42,342 bases of DNA, from positions 1 to 42,342 of IMG/VR virus record IMGVR_UViG_3300013122_000002. The stretch is one strand, 5' to 3'. The DNA comes from a virus. Positions 8,865-15,656 of this stretch are shown here, piece by piece. The number at the start of each line of letters is the position of its first letter. Position 1 is the stretch's first letter. Below the pieces are notes generated by a model. That model was not told the origin of the DNA. It worked only from the letters and a program-made list of their open reading frames with translations, and did not search any database. Made by a program: the position numbers and the translations under genes.

Positions 8865-9331
8865 TTGCTCTCTATAGCGGATGTCACTGGGTCAGTTGAA
8901 CCAAAACCGCCAACACCACGATCCGTTGTTGATAATTCATCCACGACATTAAACTCAATTTGTGGAACTGGCATAATAACGATTTGTCCGATGCGGTCGC
9001 CAATTTCATAATCATCGTGATATGATTTTTTTCTGAACTCGGTTAATGATAGTTGTAACTTAAACTTCAAAACCACTTCACCGCGATAACCGCTATCGAT
9101 CACACCAACCGAATTACCCAAAATTAAATCTTTTTTTGTGTTGCTTGAGCGTGGAAATAAAAATCCCGCAAAACCATTTGGGATTTCAAAGGCTAAGCCC
9201 GTGCCGTAGCAGACGTTTCCATGCTCATCATAGTTTTTTGATATTGCGGTTAAATCCATGCCCGCGTCACCATGCTTTGCATAAGTCGGGATAACAGCAT
9301 TACTGTCTAGTTTTTTTACATTAACTTTCAT
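8855..9331 (-). CDS. dut: dUTP diphosphatase
   Basis: Motifs seen: DAGMDL, PRSS, GVIDSGYRGE, GDRIGQ, RGVGGFGSTD. Confidence 0.9.
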   Translation of the reverse strand: MKVNVKKLDSNAVIPTYAKHGDAGMDLTAISKNYDEHGNVCYGTGLAFEIPNGFAGFLFPRSSNTKKDLILGNSVGVIDSGYRGEVVLKFKLQLSLTEFRKKSYHDDYEIGDRIGQIVIMPVPQIEFNVVDELSTTDRGVGGFGSTDPVTSAIESNCE

Positions 9332-9349
9332 TTTTCATTTTCCTTAAAT

Positions 9350-9371
9350 GCCACGACATTTCTATCGTGGC
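9350..9371 (-). other. stem-loop between ssb and dut (attenuator or processing site?)
   Basis: GCCACGA-N8-TCGTGGC inverted repeat. Only a weak U-tract follows on the minus strand. Confidence 0.3.
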
Positions 9372-9386
9372 GGGTGTTTTTATGGA

Positions 9387-9779
9387 TTAGAACGGTAATT
9401 CTTCTGAGTCATCTACTGGATTAGGTTGCGCCTGTGGCTTGGGCTGTGCATAGCCTTGCTGTTGTGGAGCTTGTTGCTGACCACTCTGCGGACTGCCTGC
9501 CAAGTTACAAGAATATGAACGCACTTCCATATATGTTTTGCCGTTATATTCGCGTGTGGATAGCTCACCTACAACCTGAACCATTTGTCCTTTTTTCAGG
9601 TAATCCACAAAATTTGACTTTGCTTGACCACCCCAAATTGAGACGGTGAACCAATTTACCGACTTTTTATCACCAAAGCCGACATTTTGAGCCACGCTAA
9701 ATTTTGCAAGTGCTGTGCCGTTTACGTCTTTTAACTCAACATCACCGCCAAGTTTTCCTAGAATTGTTACTGTGGTCAT
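9387..9779 (-). CDS. ssb: single-stranded DNA-binding protein
   Basis: OB-fold N-terminus, Q/P-rich linker, acidic tip DDSEELPF. Confidence 0.9.
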   Translation of the reverse strand: MTTVTILGKLGGDVELKDVNGTALAKFSVAQNVGFGDKKSVNWFTVSIWGGQAKSNFVDYLKKGQMVQVVGELSTREYNGKTYMEVRSYSCNLAGSPQSGQQQAPQQQGYAQPKPQAQPNPVDDSEELPF

Positions 9780-10401
9780 TTTGTTTCACCTTACTTGATA
9801 ATAATTTGTTTAAATAATCTTGAGCCAAAATAGCCTTATTGACCATCTGTTGCTCTTTCTTTTCGCACCGTTGTAGTGATGCGATTGCTACGCGCTTGTA
9901 CTCTTCGACATGGTCTACAATGTGCCAGTCCTCAGGCTCGCCACGCTTGATTAAATGCTCAGGCGTGGACACCAAACAATAAGCCAATTCGGCATTATCA
10001 ACATTATACAAATGCATATAACAACGTAACTGCCATTCGTAAAGCTTGGATGCAGTCAAGAACATTGGAAAGGTCTTTTTGCTGTAAGCAGTTTTAATGT
10101 CGATTACAAGGCTTTTTTCTTGGTCGAGTATGTCACACTCGCCTGTCATTAAATCGTTGCTGATACGTGCTGTATTTTTCATATAGAACGTATCTTGGTT
10201 TAGGTTATACAGATCAATCGAAATGTCTTCGCACACCTTACCTTTTTCGATTTCAAAAGTGTTTAAGTTTTCGCGCCAATCTAAAATATACTGACTGGCT
10301 AATTTTTCAAGATATGTTTTCGCACCATCGGCAAGCGTATCTTTTTCAGGATACGCCATGATATTCCCGATTGATGATGCGCGTAAGAGGATATTAGGCA
10401 T
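9742..10401 (-). CDS. YqaJ/lambda-Exo-like PD-(D/E)XK recombination exonuclease
   Basis: GECDILD...VIDIKT (D..D/E.K) and YEWQLRCYM motifs. Adjacent to ERF. Its 3' end overlaps ssb by 38 nt. Confidence 0.7.
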   Translation of the reverse strand: MPNILLRASSIGNIMAYPEKDTLADGAKTYLEKLASQYILDWRENLNTFEIEKGKVCEDISIDLYNLNQDTFYMKNTARISNDLMTGECDILDQEKSLVIDIKTAYSKKTFPMFLTASKLYEWQLRCYMHLYNVDNAELAYCLVSTPEHLIKRGEPEDWHIVDHVEEYKRVAIASLQRCEKKEQQMVNKAILAQDYLNKLLSSKVKQNDHSNNSRKTWR

Positions 10402-11080
10402 CTTGGTTTACCTCGCGACCAACACGCATCATTTGCTCATTTGTTAAATCACGTGCATTGAATAGCTTTTCAAGCGTATAAGTTTTTGCATTAATCGCTT
10501 GGATGCCTTTTGTCAGTTCTTCGTCACTGATCGGCTTTTTAGCAGATTCAACTTTTGCATTTGTTGCAAAACCGTTGTTGTCATCATCCGCAGTGGTTGC
10601 AATATTTAAAATGCCGCATAGCGTGTAGCGTTTACCGTAGCTGATTGCACCCCCGATTGCCTGCATTGGATTCATGCCTTTAGTTACCGCTTCGGTCGGA
10701 AGTGTCAAGGCGTTTTCGATCATGTGGCCGCCTTTGTGTCGAAGTTGACAGGTTACAGTCACGAAGCCTTTTTCTAGTTGCTCGTTATTAAACGACACAC
10801 TAAAACCATGCTCAGATAGAATCGGGCGAACAATGTTTACAATATCTTCAAGCGGTGTATAGGTTGTGCTGTACGATTTCTTTGTGTGAGAAATCACAGG
10901 GATTTTACGACTCATTACCGAAAAGTCGTTATTAAAATCAATGATGGCTTGCTGTGCCATGACTTCTTTTTGCATTGCAAGCATGTCTTTTAATACAGAC
11001 ATATCCATGTTAGGCGTGGTTAGCGCCTGTTGCATCAACTGCAAAAAACCGTTGTCTTGTTTGGTTGCTAACTCGTTCAT
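10394..11080 (-). CDS. erf: ERF-family single-strand annealing protein
   Basis: YTPLEDIVNIVRPILSEHGFSV ... QAIGGAISYGKRYTLCGILNI matches the ERF core pattern. Confidence 0.8.
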   Translation of the reverse strand: MNELATKQDNGFLQLMQQALTTPNMDMSVLKDMLAMQKEVMAQQAIIDFNNDFSVMSRKIPVISHTKKSYSTTYTPLEDIVNIVRPILSEHGFSVSFNNEQLEKGFVTVTCQLRHKGGHMIENALTLPTEAVTKGMNPMQAIGGAISYGKRYTLCGILNIATTADDDNNGFATNAKVESAKKPISDEELTKGIQAINAKTYTLEKLFNARDLTNEQMMRVGREVNQDA

Positions 11081-11081
11081 G

Positions 11082-11231
11082 TTAAACCGCCTTTAATAAC
11101 TGCTGATATTCTTCTGCGTTAATTTTCCCGACTTGGAATAATGTTTCAATCACAATTGCCAAGTCATCTTTTGAGAAAGTCATGCTGTGTTTCTTGACAT
11201 GATCTAGCCATGCTTTTGTTTGATTATCCAT
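11082..11231 (-). CDS. hypothetical 49-aa protein, first gene of the leftward early operon
   Basis: Translated by hand: MDNQTKAWLDHVKKHSMTFSKDDLAIVIETLFQVGKINAEEYQQLLKAV. GAGGTG SD upstream. Its stop lies 1 nt before the erf ATG. Too short for the ORF track. Confidence 0.55.
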   Translation of the reverse strand: MDNQTKAWLDHVKKHSMTFSKDDLAIVIETLFQVGKINAEEYQQLLKAV

Positions 11232-11245
11232 TTTCACACCTCGCT

Positions 11246-11263
11246 TAAAGTAAGATCACTTTA
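11246..11263. promoter_or_regulatory. inverted repeat TAAAGT-N6-ACTTTA (operator candidate)
   Basis: 6-6-6 palindrome overlapping the predicted leftward -10 and transcription start. Confidence 0.4.
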
Positions 11264-11285
11264 GCACATTGAAAGATAAAATCAA
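11258..11285 (-). promoter_or_regulatory. leftward early promoter (TTGATT-N16-TGCTAAAGT)
   Basis: The -35 TTGATT is the complement of 11280-85. The extended -10 TGC-TAAAGT is the complement of 11258-66. Confidence 0.5.
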
Positions 11286-11312
11286 CACTATAATTAAGAT
11301 AATTTACTACGA

Positions 11313-11340
11313 TTGCATATATTTTGTATTGTGATATATT
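11313..11340 (+). promoter_or_regulatory. rightward early promoter (TTGCAT-N16-TGATATATT)
   Basis: -35 at 11313-18; extended -10 TGA-TATATT at 11332-40; ACGGAG SD and ATG 11366 downstream. Confidence 0.55.
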
Positions 11341-11365
11341 AAACCAAAATAACGGAGTTTCTTAA

Positions 11366-11542
11366 ATGATGACGCTTGAACAAGTAAAAGAGAAGTTGCA
11401 AGACCGCAATATTGCCGAGGTATCGCGCCGATGCAATCTGCAATACCAAACGGTTTTTAATATTGCCACTGGGCGGAATAAAAACCCAAGTTATAACACT
11501 GTATTAAAGTTGATTGAGTATTTAAGCGAGGGCGCAAGATGA
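11366..11542 (+). CDS. Cro-like small HTH DNA-binding protein
   Basis: 58 aa translated by hand: MMTLEQVKEKLQDRNIAEVSRRCNLQYQTVFNIATGRNKNPSYNTVLKLIEYLSEGAR. HTH at IAEVSRRCNLQYQTVFNIATG. First rightward gene. Confidence 0.65.
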   Translation: MMTLEQVKEKLQDRNIAEVSRRCNLQYQTVFNIATGRNKNPSYNTVLKLIEYLSEGAR

Positions 11543-11742
11543 GTGAATGGATTTTACTTTCTGAAAAGAAACCAAATAAAGATCAATTCTGCATTACAAG
11601 CTTTATGCCAACAAAAAGCAGAACATTTGCGCTTAAAAGGCATTACGAGATTGGTTATGGGCTGCAATCTTTTGGCAGCCGTGTTGTTGATATGTGGATG
11701 CCACTTACAGAGCCACAAGAGCAAGGAGACAAAAATGATTAA
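11539..11742 (+). CDS. DUF551-like protein (second copy)
   Basis: MSEWILLSEKKP...MWMPLTEPQ. ATGA-coupled to the upstream gene. Confidence 0.6.
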   Translation: MSEWILLSEKKPNKDQFCITSFMPTKSRTFALKRHYEIGYGLQSFGSRVVDMWMPLTEPQEQGDKND

Positions 11743-11953
11743 ATACGACTGGACGAATGTGCCTAAGGATGAGAACTGGATAGCAACAGATGAGGACGGG
11801 AATGCATTTGGATGGGTAACTGAGCCATATATAGAAGATGGTGAACCTGAATGGAATACATGCGAATCATACATAGGGAATCACTTTATCAGTGCGGAAA
11901 ATAATCCATTCAAAGGCGACTGGCGCGAATCACTAGAGGAGCGCCCAAAATGA
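11735..11953 (+). CDS. hypothetical protein
   Basis: 72 aa from ATG 11735 (MIKYDWTNVP...) with a GGAGA SD. The longer 11543 start in the ORF track overlaps the previous gene out of frame. Confidence 0.6.
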   Translation: MIKYDWTNVPKDENWIATDEDGNAFGWVTEPYIEDGEPEWNTCESYIGNHFISAENNPFKGDWRESLEERPK

Positions 11954-12084
11954 CAATATTTCAAGATTCGATAGTGGTCGTGATTTTCATATTACTGTTT
12001 ATTGTTTTTCTTGGTCTGTGCGCTTTTGTAAATTTCATGTATCAGGTGAAGCAGGCTAAAAAAGATCGGGAGTTGTCGGAATGA
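11950..12084 (+). CDS. small membrane peptide (44 aa)
   Basis: MTIFQDSIVVVIFILLFIVFLGLCAFVNFMYQVKQAKKDRELSE. ATGA overlaps at both ends. Confidence 0.45.
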   Translation: MTIFQDSIVVVIFILLFIVFLGLCAFVNFMYQVKQAKKDRELSE

Positions 12085-12362
12085 AAGCGAATGAATTTAT
12101 TAAAAGACAAGGATTGGAGGAAGCAAGGAGAGTGCTGCATGATGCAAGGGGTTGTGTTGGCGTGAAGCTATGGGGTCGATATGAATTTTCTACTGAAGAT
12201 TTAAAACGCCTTGTCGAAAGTCATGAGTTGGTAGGGAGTTACGGGGGTTTAGAATCATCAAAATTAACAGTTAATTATCCAAATTTTTTAAATGATGAGG
12301 ATGTTAAGACTACAAACCACATATTAAGTAAAGCCATCGCAGACGTTGAATCCTGCCTTTAA
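12081..12362 (+). CDS. hypothetical protein
   Basis: 93-aa ORF, translationally coupled, GGGAG SD. Confidence 0.6.
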   Translation: MKANEFIKRQGLEEARRVLHDARGCVGVKLWGRYEFSTEDLKRLVESHELVGSYGGLESSKLTVNYPNFLNDEDVKTTNHILSKAIADVESCL

Positions 12363-12377
12363 TACAGAGAACTTTAA

Positions 12378-12725
12378 ATGAAAACCCTAGAATTTGATTT
12401 AATTCAGTGGCATGAAGCTTACAAGAAAATCCCAAAAGGGTTTACGAGTTTACAAATGCGAAACTTGAAAAAAGATTACTTCAAAGGTAATGCGTTTAAT
12501 ACAGCGTTTCCACTGGGTTTGATTGAGATGCCACAGCGTTGGATTTTAGACGGCGTGGTAGAAATCGAAGATGGTAGCGAGTACGAATTTAGTTGGCGAC
12601 CTGACGGTATTTTGACGTTCACCGACTTAATTAAAAATAGTGGTCACGCTTGGTCTGAGAAGATGCAAGAAGCTGCGAGCGCTGAGTATGCGGTAGCGAT
12701 TCGATGTATGGCGCGGGTTTTGTGA
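12378..12725 (+). CDS. hypothetical protein
   Basis: 115-aa ORF in the operon context. Confidence 0.6.
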   Translation: MKTLEFDLIQWHEAYKKIPKGFTSLQMRNLKKDYFKGNAFNTAFPLGLIEMPQRWILDGVVEIEDGSEYEFSWRPDGILTFTDLIKNSGHAWSEKMQEAASAEYAVAIRCMARVL

Positions 12726-12847
12726 TCCGCTGCCATAGATGCGGTAAATTAAAAGAGCCGAGCCAATTTAGAAAATTAAAACCAGTGTGGTGTACTTGGT
12801 GCATTAATTGCGAAAATACCCCGATTGGTATGATGCCCTCTAATTGA
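12722..12847 (+). CDS. possible 41-aa zinc-ribbon peptide (GTG start)
   Basis: VIRCHRCGKL...CTWCINC has paired CxxC motifs. GTGA overlap with the upstream stop. Its own stop lies inside the terminator. Confidence 0.3.
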   Translation: MIRCHRCGKLKEPSQFRKLKPVWCTWCINCENTPIGMMPSN

Positions 12848-12856
12848 GGGCTTTTT
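12835..12856 (+). terminator. intrinsic terminator between convergent operons
   Basis: GCCCTC-TAATT-GAGGGC followed by T5. Confidence 0.75.
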
Positions 12857-12861
12857 CATAT

Positions 12862-13170
12862 CTATTCGATGTCGTCCTCGGATCGGGCAAGGATATATTT
12901 CACACCTAATTTTTCGACCGCCTTTTGCCATTTCTTTTGTGGCTCAGATTGTCGCCCTGTTGCTGTTTTTACTTCAACCGCTACAAAGACCGCCAGCGTC
13001 TGCCCGACCATCTCAGGTGTGATTACAGTCGGTTTTATCGCCATTAAATCCGATGATCCTTTTACACCTATCGGGATGGTGCGAGTTCCGTCCATTGTCT
13101 TAAATAACCCGACCTGATTACGCCATACCAACCACCCTTTTTTAGACATGGCAAGCATGATTCTGTTCAT
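12862..13170 (-). CDS. VRR-NUC domain nuclease
   Basis: GSSDLMAI ... FVAVEVKT..G..S..Q..W pattern. Start set at ATG 13170, just below the helicase stop; the 13248 start would overlap the helicase. Confidence 0.7.
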   Translation of the reverse strand: MNRIMLAMSKKGWLVWRNQVGLFKTMDGTRTIPIGVKGSSDLMAIKPTVITPEMVGQTLAVFVAVEVKTATGRQSEPQKKWQKAVEKLGVKYILARSEDDIE

Positions 13171-13190
13171 GATGTTAGTTTCTTCGTTTC

Positions 13191-14696
13191 TCAATGTGAA
13201 ATACCTCTTTTTTGATTTTGTCGAATTGCCCACATTTTGTGTGCCCACCCCTGCTTGTATCCACGACTTTCAGCAAGTGCTAGAAAATCCTGCAATGTTT
13301 GGCATTGTCCTTGCTCTCTCTTTTTCTGCTTTTTCTCCTCGTCTTGTTTCCGTTTTATTTCTGCCTTATCTTGCTCTGTTAATTCAACAAGCTCTCCTGA
13401 CACTTCTTCGATTGATCTTTGTTGTATTGGGTAAACAAAACCGCATATCGGGCACATTGGTGCAGGCTCGTGAATGTGAAAACATTGCTGGCATGTTTTG
13501 ATATTTACGTCTTTTTCATCGGATTCTCTTTTCTTTTTATCATTGCCTTCGAGTGACCACTCACGATCCGCGCACGGCAGGGAGTGCCTTAAAACATTTC
13601 CTGAATGGTCTAAAATTATCGCGGTCTTGTTTGGTTTTTTTCGCAAAACTCGACCCCACCTCTGCATAACAACAACTAGCGACTTTGATGGTGCTAGGTC
13701 TATGCAGACATCGAGTGTCACGCCTTGCCTTTGCGTTAAGCTTTCAAGATCCGTTCCCTCGCTGATTAATGCTTGATTGCATATTATTTTGATTACACCG
13801 TCCGCATAATCAGTAAATACTTTTTTTCGTTCTGCGTCGGACATCGTTCCGTCAACATGCGCAGCGGGTATTCCATTTTCTATGAATTGCTGTGTTACGT
13901 GCTTGCTGTGGCTGATCGACGTGCAGTAGCAAACGCCCGACATGCCATCACATAGTTTTTTATAGTGCGCGATTGCGTCACCTGTCACGCTTGGCTTATC
14001 AATTAATTCTTCAAGCTCTTTTTCGTCATATTCACCATTGCGCTTTGTTTTTACCGCTGAAATATCCCATTGTTTAGCAGTTGTATAAACCTTATATGGT
14101 GCTAGGTATCCTTGCTCTATAAGCCATGACATTTTAGCGCCAAGGATTAGGTCATCGTTATATCCACCACTATCAACCCCAAGACCTACGCCATCGCTTC
14201 GTTGTGGTGTAGCCGTCAATCCAAGCCCAAGCGCATTCGGGTATGCTTCAAAAATTGAACCCCACTGGTTTCCTTTTTTTAAATGGTGTTGCTCGTCAAT
14301 AATAATCAATCTTGGATTTATTGATAATTTACCGACACGACTTGCCAGTGTTTGAACACTCCCAACGTGTAGCTTTGAATCTTTGTTATAAAAAACTCGA
14401 CCAAAGTTTTTGAATTGATCCGCTTTAATATTTGTTGCTGTGGATTTTGCCGTGATTAAGTTATGCTCAAGCCCAAAATTACAAAGTGTTAGTGATAGCT
14501 GCGCAATCAATTCCTGTCTGTGAGCAATAATTAGCGTTTCATTTCCTTTTTTCGCTGCGTTCTCTGCAATAAAACCCAAAACACAAGCCTTTCCACCACC
14601 TGTCGGCATGACAATCAGCGGGTGTTTTTTCTTGTTTTTATAGGATTCTCTTAGCTTGTCGATAACTTCCTGCTGATATGGTCTAGGTGTAATCAT
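13191..14696 (-). CDS. SF2 DEAD/DEAH-type helicase with a C-terminal zinc ribbon
   Basis: Walker A MPTGGGKA, motif II IIDEQHH, helicase C-domain motifs, and CQQCFH...CPICG. Confidence 0.85.
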   Translation of the reverse strand: MITPRPYQQEVIDKLRESYKNKKKHPLIVMPTGGGKACVLGFIAENAAKKGNETLIIAHRQELIAQLSLTLCNFGLEHNLITAKSTATNIKADQFKNFGRVFYNKDSKLHVGSVQTLASRVGKLSINPRLIIIDEQHHLKKGNQWGSIFEAYPNALGLGLTATPQRSDGVGLGVDSGGYNDDLILGAKMSWLIEQGYLAPYKVYTTAKQWDISAVKTKRNGEYDEKELEELIDKPSVTGDAIAHYKKLCDGMSGVCYCTSISHSKHVTQQFIENGIPAAHVDGTMSDAERKKVFTDYADGVIKIICNQALISEGTDLESLTQRQGVTLDVCIDLAPSKSLVVVMQRWGRVLRKKPNKTAIILDHSGNVLRHSLPCADREWSLEGNDKKKRESDEKDVNIKTCQQCFHIHEPAPMCPICGFVYPIQQRSIEEVSGELVELTEQDKAEIKRKQDEEKKQKKREQGQCQTLQDFLALAESRGYKQGWAHKMWAIRQNQKRGISH

Positions 14697-14869
14697 CTTA
14701 TGCGCACCACTAAGACTTCATTTTCAATCTGTCTTGTCATGTATGATCTATCTTTATATCGTCTGATTGCATCCCGCACTTCTGTCCTTGTCGCGTCGGC
14801 AATCATGATTGATTCATTTACATTCAATTCGCCTAAATTTAAAAACTTAGTTGGTTTCACGCCTCGCAT
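14693..14869 (-). CDS. hypothetical 58-aa protein, first gene of the helicase operon
   Basis: Translated by hand: MRGVKPTKFLNLGELNVNESIMIADATRTEVRDAIRRYKDRSYMTRQIENEVLVVRIR. AAGGTG SD upstream. ATGA-coupled to the helicase. Confidence 0.55.
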   Translation of the reverse strand: MRGVKPTKFLNLGELNVNESIMIADATRTEVRDAIRRYKDRSYMTRQIENEVLVVRIR

Positions 14870-14898
14870 ACCGCACCTTTTAAATAAATCTTTATAGC

Positions 14899-14927
14899 AT
14901 TATATAATGCGCTTTTTTTGATGTCAA
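14899..14927 (-). promoter_or_regulatory. perfect consensus sigma70 promoter TTGACA-N17-TATAAT (leftward)
   Basis: The complement of 14922-27 is TTGACA and the complement of 14899-904 is TATAAT, with an exact 17-nt spacer. Confidence 0.75.
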
Positions 14928-14931
14928 TTTA

Positions 14932-14940
14932 TGCTATGAT
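14932..14940 (+). promoter_or_regulatory. extended -10 promoter TGCTATGAT (rightward replication operon)
   Basis: TGn plus TATGAT lies 27 nt upstream of ATG 14967. A second rightward TATAAT sits at 14903-08 inside the palindrome. Confidence 0.4.
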
Positions 14941-14966
14941 TGGATTTTTAATGTGTGAGCAAATAC

Positions 14967-15593
14967 ATGATTAAGGCAATCGAAACGAAATACAATGGCT
15001 ACAGTTTTAGAAGTAGAACAGAAGCAAAATGGGCTTATGTTTTTGATAAACTAAACATTAAATACCTTTATGAAAATGAGGGCTATGAATTAGATAATGG
15101 CGACTGGTATTTGCCAGATTTCTATTTGCCTAATCATGGGTTTTTTATTGAGATTAAAGGCACAACCCCAAACCAAACAGAATTGGATAAGTGCTCTTTT
15201 TTAGCCAACGGTCTAAACAAGCCTGTTGTTATGGCTATCGGCAATCCTGACGATTTTAATTCATTGTGCTTTTATGGATACAATCGCCCTGCTGACGATG
15301 GTGTGGATCAATATTTTTATGATTATTATTATACTGATATTCAGGGCTTGGGTAGTTTTGTTAGTCATGGCTTGGAATGTGGGTGGAATCATGATGTGTC
15401 TGGAAGCTTATGCGAACGCGTCGATAAGACAAATATTTTAAGGCACAACCACGATACAGCCAAGAATAATAGGTTTATACTTCCAAACCACATTAAAGGC
15501 GCTGTGTTTAAATCAAGCAGAATAATTAGTCTATGTGATAATTTTCAAGATTTCTATGACGCTATAGAATCAGCAAAATCATATAAATTTTGA
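14967..15593 (+). CDS. PD-(D/E)XK-fold nuclease-like protein
   Basis: FRSRTEAKWAYVFD...YLPDFYL...FFIEIKG gives an E / PD / ExK arrangement. GTG 14955 is an alternative start. Confidence 0.65.
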   Translation: MIKAIETKYNGYSFRSRTEAKWAYVFDKLNIKYLYENEGYELDNGDWYLPDFYLPNHGFFIEIKGTTPNQTELDKCSFLANGLNKPVVMAIGNPDDFNSLCFYGYNRPADDGVDQYFYDYYYTDIQGLGSFVSHGLECGWNHDVSGSLCERVDKTNILRHNHDTAKNNRFILPNHIKGAVFKSSRIISLCDNFQDFYDAIESAKSYKF

Positions 15594-15600
15594 TATTAAA

Positions 15601-15623
15601 AAACCGCCTGTGCAGGGCGGTTT
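15601..15623 (+). terminator. stem-loop (weak terminator)
   Basis: AAACCGCC-N7-GGCGGTTT. The U-tract is short. Confidence 0.45.
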
Positions 15624-15656
15624 GTGTATTGAGCAAATACGAGGTTATTTTACACA

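Noticed and set aside
13148-13955. Several plus-strand ORFs (13148-13501, 13237-13434, 13498-13776, 13773-13955), and similar shadow ORFs inside other large genes
   Set aside because: They are antisense shadows of well-supported genes (helicase, 924-aa protein, capsid, tape measure and others) with low-complexity translations and no ribosome-binding sites.
14700-14897. 65-aa plus-strand ORF from the track
   Set aside because: It would run head-on into the helicase operon with no SD. The opposite strand carries a 58-aa ORF with an AAGGTG SD and an ATGA overlap with the helicase start, downstream of a perfect consensus promoter.
14957-15640. 10-bp repeat GAGCAAATAC upstream of both replication genes (14957 and 15631)
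   Set aside because: There are only two copies of a short A/T-rich word with different spacing to the start codons. Chance cannot be excluded, so it is not reported as a regulatory site.
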